Source of the DNA: Patescibacteria group bacterium
GTDB taxonomy: Bacteria > Patescibacteriota > Microgenomatia > UBA1400 > PJMF01
Assembly (NCBI GenBank): GCA_016861205.1
Contig: BOKX01000001.1
Span: 520,539 to 584,538, forward strand
Direction: 5' to 3'
DNA length: 64,000 bases
Position numbers and translations under genes: made by a program. Each line of letters starts with the position of its first letter. The stretch's first letter is position 1. Positions 10,150 through 20,138 of the stretch are shown in pieces. The notes beneath the pieces were generated by a model. That model searched no databases. It saw only the letters and a program-made list of their open reading frames with translations, and had not been told where the DNA came from.

Positions 10150-11884
10150 GTTTGCGTACTTTCTGAGTTGCCACTGGAACACTCACTTGAGTCTGGGCCA
10201 CCAGTATTCCTATCACAATCAGTACCGCCAAACCACTAACAGTATCACTGACTTGGCGAATCGGGGTCGGGCCAAACTGGACGCCTACCAAGTGTTCACC
10301 AGCTGGCACCGTGACAGCTACCAAACCCGGCGGAACTTGCTGTTTAGCAACCCATTGACCGTCAACAGACACCCGCCAACCAGGGAAATCAGCAATAGAC
10401 CATACCACTTCAGCAGGATCAATCAATGAAACTTTCAATAGCTTTTCGTGCCCTCGATTAACCGCCAGAGCATCAGGTTGGACGGGCTGACCAGCCACGG
10501 TCACTACCTGAGTGGGCGGCAAAATATCGAGTACGCCTGGCATTTGGCTGGGCACATAGTCATTGAGCACTTGACTCAGTTGTGATTGGATGTGGTTGAT
10601 GTCAACAGAGTACAAACCACTGGGATCACGCAACACTGCCTCAGGTTGAAAATAACCCACATTTCCCACTCCAATTACCAGTGACACTATCAGTGCATAA
10701 CTCCACCGCTGGCGAGTGGTTTTGAGCCAACCAGCTACACTTCCGACGGCTAAGGCCAAAAATACACAGGCCGGTCCAAGCCATCGCCATGGGAACTGAA
10801 CATACTGTAGCGGCTGCATCGTCTGCCAAATCGGCATCGATCTACCCAACGTCATGAAAATACTCATCCCGGTCAGCAACATTACTAAACCGTACTTCAG
10901 CAAATCTTGGTTCAGGACTATTTTTCGCCAATTTGACTTGGCGCGAACTTCCCACCAGCGCACAGCCAAGATAATTGATAACAACAACCCCAACCACTGC
11001 CCCCATCCTAAGAAAAAGGACAACCCATCATCCGGGCCCCAACTCGAACCACCATATCCCCAGCCAGGTTTAATGAACTGCCGCAAGTACAAGAAGTGAA
11101 GCGAGTAGTCAAAATAGCCACCCACAATCTGGCTGACTTTTGTAAAGTCTTTTTCAAAGTACGCCGGCACCAAGTAAAAAACTGTCAGCGCCAACCCCAA
11201 CACATAGCTGGCCCCCATTTTCAACAATCGTTGCCACCATGCGCTGGGGCGTTCAATAATCAGTACCCCCACCCCAAAAACAACACTCAACGGAACACAC
11301 AAGATGGTCATCAAGTTGTGACTGAGGCAAAGCGTGGCTAAAGAAAGCACAATCATTAACCAACCATACTTTTCACCCCTCGCAACTTTGATCGTGCCAA
11401 GCAACAACCATGGCAACGCCATAATACCCCAAGCTTCACTTAACGCTCCCCGCACGAAGAGATTAACAGCTCGATACGGAGCCAGGGTCACCGCTGCCGC
11501 CGTCAACAAGCCGGTTGGTTCGTCCCGCCATTTTTTGCCCAAATAGTATCCCCCAACCATTGTCATGAATGAACAACCTGCCCACAGCAACTTGAGCACG
11601 ATCGTCATCGGAACTCCACTCCACCACAGTAAACCACCAACGTAAAACGGTAAGGGGGCATAAAACTCAAATAGAGGCATCCCGTAACCAGTGCCAAAGT
11701 TGGCACTCCATCGGACCGGCCAGTGACCTTCACTAGCTGCCCTGGTCAGCTCTGCTACTCGGGCGGCATGCACAAAGTCGTGAACTCGAAAAAAACCTGG
11801 TCTGAACAGCGACCAAGAACTGGCCAACCAAATCAAACCCAACCAAATGCAAATTGCGAGGCGTGTTCGCCAATTATGTTTCAT
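10142..11884 (-). CDS. Polytopic membrane protein with a C-terminal extracytoplasmic domain, putative GT-C-like glycosyltransferase or polymerase
   Basis: The N-terminus reads FFRVHDFVHAARVAELT...GYGMPLFEFYAPLPFY. There is a multi-TM core, a soluble domain of about 150 aa and a final TM segment. It is co-directional with wzx and tightly coupled to it. Confidence 0.55.
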   Translation of the reverse strand: MKHNWRTRLAICIWLGLIWLASSWSLFRPGFFRVHDFVHAARVAELTRAASEGHWPVRWSANFGTGYGMPLFEFYAPLPFYVGGLLWWSGVPMTIVLKLLWAGCSFMTMVGGYYLGKKWRDEPTGLLTAAAVTLAPYRAVNLFVRGALSEAWGIMALPWLLLGTIKVARGEKYGWLMIVLSLATLCLSHNLMTILCVPLSVVFGVGVLIIERPSAWWQRLLKMGASYVLGLALTVFYLVPAYFEKDFTKVSQIVGGYFDYSLHFLYLRQFIKPGWGYGGSSWGPDDGLSFFLGWGQWLGLLLSIILAVRWWEVRAKSNWRKIVLNQDLLKYGLVMLLTGMSIFMTLGRSMPIWQTMQPLQYVQFPWRWLGPACVFLALAVGSVAGWLKTTRQRWSYALIVSLVIGVGNVGYFQPEAVLRDPSGLYSVDINHIQSQLSQVLNDYVPSQMPGVLDILPPTQVVTVAGQPVQPDALAVNRGHEKLLKVSLIDPAEVVWSIADFPGWRVSVDGQWVAKQQVPPGLVAVTVPAGEHLVGVQFGPTPIRQVSDTVSGLAVLIVIGILVAQTQVSVPVATQKVRKHD

Positions 11885-11939
11885 ACGTCTATTCTAGACT
11901 ATCAGATTTTCTGGAAGTCGTGGCATAATCAATACAGCT

Positions 11940-13064
11940 ATGATGATCGGCGTGCCGACCTCACCACCTTTGCCTCCAGCACCTCAACCTCAACTGAGTC
12001 TAACCAAGTTGTTCCTCAAAACCAGCATCTGGACACTAATCTTTTTGTTCGGCATGTTCATTATAACGGCTGGTGTCGGCGTAGTGTATCTCTGGAGCCA
12101 AGCCCAAATTTTCGCCCGAACGGCGAATGTCGAACTGCCTGCACTTGCGCAACAGATCAATCAAGGCTGGCAACAAACCCCGACACAAACTCAGGGTCGG
12201 AAAATTATTCTGTTGCTGGGGGTTGATACGTTGGCCGGTCGTGGCAACGCCCCCCCACTCACTGACACGATGGCCTTGTTAGCGGTCAATTTTAATGATG
12301 GAACCATCACTAGTTTGCCAATTCCTCGTGACCTGTGGAGTCAAGAGTACCAAACAAAAATTAATGCGTTGTACTGGTATGGCCAAGATCGCTACCCAGA
12401 GCAACCTCAGCAATTTCCAACCGAAGTTATCACTCAGTTAACGGGCTTGCCAATTCACCACACCGTGGTGCTGTCGCTCGATCAGGTTTCAGAGTTAATC
12501 GACCTCCTTGGAGGCGTGGAGATCAATGTCGAGACGGGGTTTGTTGATCATGAGTTCCCCAGACCCGGCGTAGAAGTTGCGACCGAACACGACCCCACCA
12601 AGTTGTACATGACTGTCGAGTTTCAACCAGGTCCACAAATCATGAATGGCGAACGCGCCCTTCAGTTCATGCGGAGCCGGCACAGTGGTGATGATGAAGG
12701 TGACGATGTGGCTCGTGGCCGTCGCCAACAGCAAGTCATTGGAGCAACCATTGCTGCCATCACCAGCCCTCGAAATCTTAAAAACCCGGTGCTCCTTGGA
12801 CACCTCTACCAGTGGTACAGTCGCTTTTTCTCCAGCATCATCCCACTACCTGAAGCGGTTGCCACAGCAAAGGCATTGTTGCCCGTTCGTCGTCAGCTAG
12901 TCTTCACTGGTCAAAGCTTAGGCGTGTATCCTGACGATGAAACTGGCTTACTTATTCATCCTCCTGTCACAGCTCAATATCAAAACCAATGGGTATACAC
13001 TATTCGAGAACCAGCCACGTTTGCGCGTGATGTTCAGGCTCGGTTAGGAATCACACAACTATGA
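11940..13064 (+). CDS. LytR-CpsA-Psr (LCP) family cell-envelope glycopolymer transferase
   Basis: An N-terminal TM anchor is followed by KIILLLGVDT....TDTMALLAVNF, the LCP core motif. Confidence 0.75.
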   Translation: MMIGVPTSPPLPPAPQPQLSLTKLFLKTSIWTLIFLFGMFIITAGVGVVYLWSQAQIFARTANVELPALAQQINQGWQQTPTQTQGRKIILLLGVDTLAGRGNAPPLTDTMALLAVNFNDGTITSLPIPRDLWSQEYQTKINALYWYGQDRYPEQPQQFPTEVITQLTGLPIHHTVVLSLDQVSELIDLLGGVEINVETGFVDHEFPRPGVEVATEHDPTKLYMTVEFQPGPQIMNGERALQFMRSRHSGDDEGDDVARGRRQQQVIGATIAAITSPRNLKNPVLLGHLYQWYSRFFSSIIPLPEAVATAKALLPVRRQLVFTGQSLGVYPDDETGLLIHPPVTAQYQNQWVYTIREPATFARDVQARLGITQL

Positions 13065-13243
13065 CCAAAGACCAACCTTTTAGTCCCACGTTTGTGACCA
13101 GACTCTTAGTGATTCTGACTATCGTGTTTGCCCTGGCTGCCGGCTACTATCGGTCCGTCTTGCTCATTTACCACCGCCAATACGTTAAGCTCGACACGCA
13201 ATACCGCCAACTGCAACTACAAGAAAGAGGAGAAGCACGCTAA
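13061..13243 (+). CDS. Small single-pass membrane protein (60 aa), hypothetical
   Basis: Its start overlaps the LCP stop in an ATGA coupling. The protein has one TM helix. Confidence 0.3.
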   Translation: MTKDQPFSPTFVTRLLVILTIVFALAAGYYRSVLLIYHRQYVKLDTQYRQLQLQERGEAR

Positions 13244-13255
13244 GATAGCATCAGT

Positions 13256-14287
13256 ATGTCACAAACTGTACTCGTCACCGGCGGAGCCGGCTTCATTGGC
13301 TCAAACTTCATTCACTACTGGCTGAAAAACCATCCTGAAGACACTGTCATAAATCTTGATGCGTTAACCTATGCTGGAAACCCTGCTAGTCTGCAAGATA
13401 TCGCGGGCTTACCTAACTATGTGTTTGTGGAAGGCAACATCACTGACGGTGAGCTGGTCAACAAAATCATGGATGATGTTGACGTCGTAGTACACTTTGC
13501 GGCCGAGTCACATGTTGATCGATCAATCTTAGAACCCAGCATCTTCTTAACTACAAACGTTATCGGCACCCAGGTTTTGCTCGACGCTGCACTCAAAAAT
13601 CACGTCAAGCGTTTTCATCACATCTCAACCGACGAAGTCTTTGGTTCACTTGAGCTGAACTCTAGTGAAAAGTTCACCCTCAAAACACCCTACGATCCTC
13701 GCAGCCCTTACTCAGCCAGTAAAGCTGGTTCTGATCACTTAGTCAGAGCCTATGGTGAGACCTACGGCTTGCCATTCACGCTCACCAATTGTTCGAATAA
13801 CTATGGTGAGTTTCAGTTTCCAGAAAAATTGTTCGGGTTGGCGATCACCAATGTTTTGGAAGGCAAAAAAGTGCCTGTCTATGGCGATGGATTGAATGTT
13901 CGTGACTGGCTCTACGTTCAGGATCACTGTTCAGCCATTGAAAAGGTCCTGCTCAATGGTCGTGAAGGCGCCACCTATCTAGTCGGTGGTTTAGTTGGTG
14001 ACATCTCCAATATTGACGTTGTCAAACTCATCTTGAAACTCATGGACCGTGACGACAGCCAAATCGAGTTTGTGAAGGACCGAGCAGGTCACGATCGCCG
14101 CTACGCCATTGACTGGTCGCACTTAAATCAAGAACTCGGTTGGTCCCCGTCAGTGACTTTGGAAGAAGGTCTGCAAAAAACGATTGATTGGTACACCCAA
14201 AATGAAGCTTGGTGGCGACCACTCAAAGCCAGTGCTCAAGCATTTTTTGCTCAAAACTATAAACCTGCCACCGAGGCTCACTCATGA
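13256..14287 (+). CDS. rfbB: dTDP-glucose 4,6-dehydratase
   Basis: VLVTGGAGFIGSNF, the YSASKA active site and the overall sequence are typical of RmlB. Confidence 0.9.
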   Translation: MSQTVLVTGGAGFIGSNFIHYWLKNHPEDTVINLDALTYAGNPASLQDIAGLPNYVFVEGNITDGELVNKIMDDVDVVVHFAAESHVDRSILEPSIFLTTNVIGTQVLLDAALKNHVKRFHHISTDEVFGSLELNSSEKFTLKTPYDPRSPYSASKAGSDHLVRAYGETYGLPFTLTNCSNNYGEFQFPEKLFGLAITNVLEGKKVPVYGDGLNVRDWLYVQDHCSAIEKVLLNGREGATYLVGGLVGDISNIDVVKLILKLMDRDDSQIEFVKDRAGHDRRYAIDWSHLNQELGWSPSVTLEEGLQKTIDWYTQNEAWWRPLKASAQAFFAQNYKPATEAHS

Positions 14288-15156
14288 CAAAGGTTCTCAC
14301 TACCGGTTTAAATGGCTTAGTCGGTTCCAAATTGGCCAGCAGTTTTGCAGATCAGTACGAGTTCGACAACCTCGATATTTCCCACTCAGAACGACCAGTC
14401 GACATCACCAACCTTGAAGCCGTTACAACTGTTTTTGCCGCCAATCCAGCTGAAGTGGTCGTTCACTTTGCAGCGTACACCGACGTAACAGGTGCCTGGA
14501 AACAAACTGGTGATACCAATGGCCTGGCGTATCGGGTCAATGTGGTTGGCACCCAAAACGTAGTGGCTGCAGCAGAGGCCACTCAAAAACACGTCATTCA
14601 CATCTCGACTTCATACGTCTTTGATGGTGAAAAGTCAGAACCATATCTGGAAGATGACACCCCAAAACCAATCGAGTGGTATGGTCAAACCAAAGCACTG
14701 GCTGAAACGGCAGTTACCAATAGTTCGGCACCATGGACCATTTTGCGAATTGATCAACCCTTCCGCAGTGATCCGTTTTCGCGACCTGACGTTGTGCGAC
14801 GCATCGTTGAAAAGCTACAAGCCAACACGCTGCCACCTCAGTTCGCAGATCACTTCATCGGCCCCACCTACATCGATGACTTTGTGAAAGTCATTGACTG
14901 GGTCATCAGAACCCGAGCCACTGGCATTTTTCACGCTAGCAGTGGCGAAATGTGGTCAGACTATGACTTGGCTCTGACTATTAAAGATACACTTCACCTG
15001 CCGGGCACCGTCAGCCGAGGTAGTTTGAGCGAGTATCTCAAAACGAGTAATAGGCCATATCAGCGAAATACAAGTCTAAACTGCCAAAAACTCAGTTCGC
15101 AGCTTGATTTTGAACTAACACCAGTGGCGACAGCCATCGGCCAAGTTCAACTCTGA
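14284..15156 (+). CDS. rfbD: dTDP-4-dehydrorhamnose reductase
   Basis: It is coupled to rfbB by an ATGA overlap. It has a Rossmann N-terminus and an RmlD-like length. Confidence 0.8.
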   Translation: MTKVLTTGLNGLVGSKLASSFADQYEFDNLDISHSERPVDITNLEAVTTVFAANPAEVVVHFAAYTDVTGAWKQTGDTNGLAYRVNVVGTQNVVAAAEATQKHVIHISTSYVFDGEKSEPYLEDDTPKPIEWYGQTKALAETAVTNSSAPWTILRIDQPFRSDPFSRPDVVRRIVEKLQANTLPPQFADHFIGPTYIDDFVKVIDWVIRTRATGIFHASSGEMWSDYDLALTIKDTLHLPGTVSRGSLSEYLKTSNRPYQRNTSLNCQKLSSQLDFELTPVATAIGQVQL

Positions 15157-15183
15157 GAGTCTACTTAAAACCTGGTCTTAACT

Positions 15184-16686
15184 ATGACATCGGACACAAC
15201 TTGGTTAACATGGCTCAAAACTCGACCTCACTGGTGGTGGCTGGGAGTGCTGGTGGTGTTGGCACTCAGCCTTCGCCTGTATCACTTTCGTGAGCTGATG
15301 ATCTTCACCTATGACCAAGGTCGGGATATGTACGTGTTGCAGCAAATCAGCCGCGGCGACATCAAGCTGGTTGGCCCTACGACTGGCCTACCAGGCGTTT
15401 TCTTAGGTCCCTTCTTTTACTATGCCTTGCTACCTGGATTTATCCTGAGTGGCGGCAGTCCCTTTGGGACAGTAATTTGGCAAATGACCGTTATTACCCT
15501 TGGATTACCTCTGCTCTACTTGGTGCTCAAACCAGCTGTGGGCAAACACTGGGCACTCATTGCAGCCGCGCTGATGGTGCTCGCACCTGGATCAATTGAA
15601 GAGGCACGGGTAATGTGGAATCCTTCCTGGACGGTTATGACTTTACTGACCACGTTGGCTTGTCTCTGGCAGTCTCGTCGTCAACCTTGGTGGCTAACTG
15701 CCAGTGCATTAGCATTTGGTCTGTGTTTGCAAACAGAGCTGGCTTACGCCATTTTTATGGCCCCGGTGTTAGGCATCTGGGTACTCTCCCAAATTAAGTG
15801 GTCAAACAAGTCTCAGGGCATCTACACTTGGCAAGTTCTGGCCGCTAGCGTGGTAGCACTGGGACTGACACTGATCCCACAACTGCTGTTTGAAGTTAAG
15901 TATGATGGTTTAATCACCCGCTCACTGATCAAGGAAATGGGTGATACCACCAAACAAGTAGCCTTGAGTCAGGTTTGGGCCGATCGACCATCAGCCATGG
16001 CCAAAGAAATGGTTCGGGTCGTCACTGGCACCACAGTTAATTATCAGTGGTGGTGGCTGGGGTTCTGGTTAATGGGTGCTTGGGCAATCACCCGCCCCAA
16101 ACTTAGCCCTGAAGCGAAAACACTCTGGTGGTTGTGGGCGTTACCCCTTTTTGGCTTTATGTGGCACCGCGGCAACTATGGGTACTTCTTTAACTACTAT
16201 CTGTCTCCACACTATGCTCTGACTTTGGCAGTGTTAGTAATGGCTTTGGCAAACTGGTGGCAAAACCGCCGCTGGCGGTGGTTGGCCGGAACCATCTTGG
16301 TGTTGTACTTGGGTTTCTTTGTGAGATACGCCAAAGCTAACTTTACGATTGCTAACTTTGAGTACACCGCAGCCAAGCAAATTGAGGCGCTGCGTGTGGC
16401 TCGCCAACTGACAGCTAGCCCAACCGCTCCCATTGAGGTGTTTGTGCCTAACTTAGTCCCGGTGGCTTACCAATACCTCAGCGAGTGGCTGTCCCGGACT
16501 GGCCAAGCCGAACCAATTGATTTTGGGTTAAATGGTCAATCAGAGTACATCCTGATTCATGAGCCACCCATCGGTGATGGCAGCCGCAAAGCTTTTGAAG
16601 AGTGGTACCAAGGTCATCACCAAGGAGCAGTATGTCAGCCACCTCTCAAGTTTGGCATCACTACCGTCGAACACTGCCAGCGTTAG
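15184..16686 (+). CDS. Polytopic membrane protein, GT-C-like paralog family carrying a D-Q-G-R-D N-terminal loop motif
   Basis: LRLYHFRELMIFTYDQGRDMYVLQQI...GPFFYY. It is paralogous to the genes at 16632 and 24591. Confidence 0.6.
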   Translation: MTSDTTWLTWLKTRPHWWWLGVLVVLALSLRLYHFRELMIFTYDQGRDMYVLQQISRGDIKLVGPTTGLPGVFLGPFFYYALLPGFILSGGSPFGTVIWQMTVITLGLPLLYLVLKPAVGKHWALIAAALMVLAPGSIEEARVMWNPSWTVMTLLTTLACLWQSRRQPWWLTASALAFGLCLQTELAYAIFMAPVLGIWVLSQIKWSNKSQGIYTWQVLAASVVALGLTLIPQLLFEVKYDGLITRSLIKEMGDTTKQVALSQVWADRPSAMAKEMVRVVTGTTVNYQWWWLGFWLMGAWAITRPKLSPEAKTLWWLWALPLFGFMWHRGNYGYFFNYYLSPHYALTLAVLVMALANWWQNRRWRWLAGTILVLYLGFFVRYAKANFTIANFEYTAAKQIEALRVARQLTASPTAPIEVFVPNLVPVAYQYLSEWLSRTGQAEPIDFGLNGQSEYILIHEPPIGDGSRKAFEEWYQGHHQGAVCQPPLKFGITTVEHCQR

Positions 16687-18230
16687 TTCATCGAGTTCCT
16701 GAGTCTGCTCTCGTTGCGTGTCTCGTGTTGCTGGCCATTGGCGTCCGCTGGTGGTCAATACGAGATAATCATGTCTTTTTTCACTTTGATCAGGCTCGCG
16801 ATGCTTTTGTCGCCCGCGAAATGGTTCAGAACCAAGATCTCAAGATTCAAGGTCCCTCTGCCAGTGGCACCAACGAAACGGTCTACCATGGCGTGGTGTA
16901 CTACTACGTCATCGCTCCACTTTATGCTGTGTTTAACGGCAATCCTTACTTGGTGACTATGGCACTCGCGGTGATCGGTGCCACCGCCGTCATTCCCACC
17001 TACTACCTCACCAAGTCACTCGCCACTTCGCCCGTAGCAGCGGGCCTGGCTGCAGGTCTGGTGGCAGTGTCACTCGAACAAACTCAAGCTTCCACTTGGC
17101 TATCAAATCCCACCTTGGTGGTGACACTCTCGGTCTGGTTTTACTACAGCTTGTGGCAAGTTTGTTGGCAAAATCGCCTCAAGTGGTGGCCAGTGGTCGC
17201 CATCACTCTGGGACTGAACCACCAAGCAGTGGTTGTGATGGTTTTCCTAGGTCTGAGCTTCGCGCTCGGTTTGGGGTGGCAAATGCACCAAACTGGCAAA
17301 CTACCCTGGCAAACTTGGGGATGGCGACGGTTAGGTGGCTTCTCTGCGCTGTACCTGGTGATAGTGGCCAGTATGGTACTCGTCCAAGCCAGGTTGGCGT
17401 GGCAAGGTATCTTTACTCTGTCGGCTCTGAAAACAGCGGCCACCGTCCACGAGTTACCAGAAGCTCAGGCTCTAAAAGTGTTAGGACTGTACTTGCGCAA
17501 AGGCAGCTTGGCTATTTTGCCTGCGTGGCCTGCCGCTTCGGTACTCGCGAGTGGTTGGCTGCTACTCGGGCTCGCCCGACTTCCACTCAACAAACGCGTG
17601 TTCTTGAGTCTTTGGTTGTTAGCCCCCCTGGGCTTGCTGGCCTGGCATGCTCGTAATGCATACCACGCCTTGTTGGGGTTAGAAGTACCACTCTACATCC
17701 TGTTGGCCGCCTGGTTGGCCAACCTTTGGCACAAGCCAGGTTTCGCCAAAATAGCGGTTGTTGGTGTAAGTGGGGCGATCGTTATGAGTCAACTGCTCAC
17801 CGTTCAGCAGTACTGGGCGAATGGCCTGACCACGTTCTCAATTGAGCAGGGTTTATTCTTGAACCAAGAACTGGCCGCGATTGATTACACCTATCAGCAA
17901 GCTTCTGGTCAACCCTTCAGCGTCTCAACCCTGACTGTTCCCTACGGATACAACCTAACTTGGGCATACCTTTACGATTGGTATGGGAGCAAACAGCACG
18001 GTTACCGACCAGACTGGTTTGGCAACTCGCAGGCAGGCACGCTGTGGGAAAGTAGCCTGAGCCCCACCGCTGTGCGACTGCCCCATCACGTGACAATTGC
18101 AGAACAAGTCAGTGGTTTGGAGAGTTGGTTGCGAGCTGAGTTTTTGGCAGCTCAGCCAAGCGCATCCACAGCTGCTGAAACGGTTCAGTTTGGAGCGGCT
18201 CGTGTTACGACTTACTCAGAGGCCCGTTGA
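16632..18230 (+). CDS. Polytopic membrane protein, GT-C-like paralog (DQARD motif)
   Basis: VRWWSIRDNHVFFHFDQARDAFVAREM...VYYYV. The start was set to the ATG at 16632, preceded by an AAGGAG ribosome-binding site. Confidence 0.6.
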   Translation: MSATSQVWHHYRRTLPALVHRVPESALVACLVLLAIGVRWWSIRDNHVFFHFDQARDAFVAREMVQNQDLKIQGPSASGTNETVYHGVVYYYVIAPLYAVFNGNPYLVTMALAVIGATAVIPTYYLTKSLATSPVAAGLAAGLVAVSLEQTQASTWLSNPTLVVTLSVWFYYSLWQVCWQNRLKWWPVVAITLGLNHQAVVVMVFLGLSFALGLGWQMHQTGKLPWQTWGWRRLGGFSALYLVIVASMVLVQARLAWQGIFTLSALKTAATVHELPEAQALKVLGLYLRKGSLAILPAWPAASVLASGWLLLGLARLPLNKRVFLSLWLLAPLGLLAWHARNAYHALLGLEVPLYILLAAWLANLWHKPGFAKIAVVGVSGAIVMSQLLTVQQYWANGLTTFSIEQGLFLNQELAAIDYTYQQASGQPFSVSTLTVPYGYNLTWAYLYDWYGSKQHGYRPDWFGNSQAGTLWESSLSPTAVRLPHHVTIAEQVSGLESWLRAEFLAAQPSASTAAETVQFGAARVTTYSEAR

Positions 18231-18874
18231 CGCTGATCTTGGCGCCACTTCTCAATCTCGGCATGGTGACCACCCAGCAGGGTCGCTGGTACTGACCAAC
18301 CTCGGTACACTTCTGGCCGAGTGTACTGCGGGTAACCCAGTTGGCCTGGTTGATCGTGGGACTCACCTTGATTGCTGGCTTCGTTACCCAGTACGCCAGG
18401 TACTAAGCGGCTGACTGCATCCATGATGACCAAGGCGGCTGGTTCACCACCAGTTAACACGTAGTCCCCAATGCGAACTTCTTCATCTATTAAGTGCTCC
18501 GCCACCCGTTCATCGACACCTTCGTAGTGCCCGCAAATAATGGTCAAACTGTTATACGTAGCATAACGACGAGCTGTTTCTTGGGTAAAGAGCGGCCCTT
18601 TAGCCGAAGTTAAAATGGTGAGATTTTTGGCACCAGGTTGGGGTGGGTGGGCTTGAAGCGCCAAATCAATCGGCTCAACTTTCATGACCATGCCTGGCCC
18701 ACCGCCAAAGGGGCGGTCATCGGTGGTTTGGTGCTTGTCGGTGGCAAACTCGCGAATATCCACCACGTTCACTTTCGTTAAATCCTTAGCCTGGGCCCGT
18801 TTCAGAATTGAGCTGCTCAGGGGTGACTCAAAAAAATCGGGAAAGAGGGTCAAAACTTGAAACTGCATATGCAC
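18212..18874 (-). CDS. trmD: tRNA (guanine37-N1)-methyltransferase
   Basis: LTLFPDFFE...RPFGGGPGMVMKVEPI is the TrmD SPOUT signature. Confidence 0.9.
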   Translation of the reverse strand: MHMQFQVLTLFPDFFESPLSSSILKRAQAKDLTKVNVVDIREFATDKHQTTDDRPFGGGPGMVMKVEPIDLALQAHPPQPGAKNLTILTSAKGPLFTQETARRYATYNSLTIICGHYEGVDERVAEHLIDEEVRIGDYVLTGGEPAALVIMDAVSRLVPGVLGNEASNQGESHDQPGQLGYPQYTRPEVYRGWSVPATLLGGHHAEIEKWRQDQRQRASE

Positions 18875-18880
18875 CTAGTA

Positions 18881-20020
18881 TTACACTATTTCATCTTCAT
18901 CTAGTAAGGCAGTTAGTTTGTCAGCTACTCCCCGCAGTGACATGATATCGTCTTGAGACACACTCTCGGCTGGGGCAGCCTGAATGAACTCATCAATGTA
19001 TCTACATATTTCACCGGTGACACTTCGCCAATCTGACTGTGGGTGCATACCAACGAAAACAGGTCCACCACTGACAGCTACTCTGGCAAAGGTCCGCAAC
19101 ATGAACAGATACCCCTCCAGTCTGGTCATCAACCGCATAAACTTACCTTCAGTTGGTTGAGCTTCCTCGGTTTCTCGGATAGCCTCTTTAAGATGGTTTG
19201 GTACATCAAGCTCTGGTTCCACGTCGTAATGCACTTTGAGGGGCAAACCCAAGGTCATGTACTTGGCAAAATGGCCTTTGACGAGGTCGGCAATTTCCAC
19301 CAAGTCTCTTGTTTCAAACATGCTCAAATCGAGCTGAAGATACACTTTGTTCCAATGATCATCAATAACCTCATCAGGCTGCTCTCCAGATAATGGCCAC
19401 GCCATCAATGGGTTATTGCTATTCTCAACATACAAGTACCATGACTTAATAATCCAAGCCGCCCGCGCCAGTAGTGCTTGTCTGACAAAGGCATTGATAA
19501 CTTGGTACTCCTCTTTGAACCACGGCTCAACTTTGGCAGAGATGTTCAATTGTTTGGGATACCCATGTTCGTCAGCACCATGACGAATGAAACCATTTTT
19601 TTGATTTCGCAGTTGTTGACTCAGTTGCCGCAACTTTTCTAGATCTGAAACGCCCGAACTATCTTGCTCGAGCCAGGCCAAGAGTTGGGCTCGGAATTGT
19701 TCTACTGCATCCTGCTGGTTCTCACTCCAACTCTTAGGCTCTCGAATGCTAGCTTGAATGAGCTCGCAGTACTCCTCTAGCTCTTGAGCTGTCTGCTCAA
19801 TTAACACAGATAGGTTGCTTTCACTTTTTTCTGCTGCAGCCAGCTTTTGATCCCAGGTTTCTCTAGCCTCTGCAATAAACTGTTCACGCCGTTGATCAGC
19901 CAGCGGTTTGCCCGTAAACAAAAACTCAAGCAAAAATGGGAACCAATAGTAAAAAAAGGCTTGGGGAGTTAAATATCGGCTTCGCTCAAAAAGAGCACTT
20001 AAGGCAGGCTTTTCAGACAT
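18881..20020 (-). CDS. Hypothetical cytoplasmic protein (379 aa), immediately upstream of trmD
   Basis: It is a long ORF with even codon usage and no recognisable motif. It occupies the position usually held by rimM. Confidence 0.5.
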   Translation of the reverse strand: MSEKPALSALFERSRYLTPQAFFYYWFPFLLEFLFTGKPLADQRREQFIAEARETWDQKLAAAEKSESNLSVLIEQTAQELEEYCELIQASIREPKSWSENQQDAVEQFRAQLLAWLEQDSSGVSDLEKLRQLSQQLRNQKNGFIRHGADEHGYPKQLNISAKVEPWFKEEYQVINAFVRQALLARAAWIIKSWYLYVENSNNPLMAWPLSGEQPDEVIDDHWNKVYLQLDLSMFETRDLVEIADLVKGHFAKYMTLGLPLKVHYDVEPELDVPNHLKEAIRETEEAQPTEGKFMRLMTRLEGYLFMLRTFARVAVSGGPVFVGMHPQSDWRSVTGEICRYIDEFIQAAPAESVSQDDIMSLRGVADKLTALLDEDEIV

Positions 20021-20138
20021 ACCTAATTATATCAAATAAGATCATATTTCAGGTTTCCAACCCATAGCTTGTGATATACTGGTTTTTGTTAAAACAAGCT
20101 ATCTGCCATCAACTAGAGCTTATCTTAGAAAGTGACCT

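Noticed and set aside
17096-17656. A 186-aa plus-strand ORF in an alternative frame.
   Set aside because: It is embedded in the GT-C-like gene at 16632-18230. It is Arg/Ser-rich, which is a typical off-frame pattern in GC-biased coding DNA.
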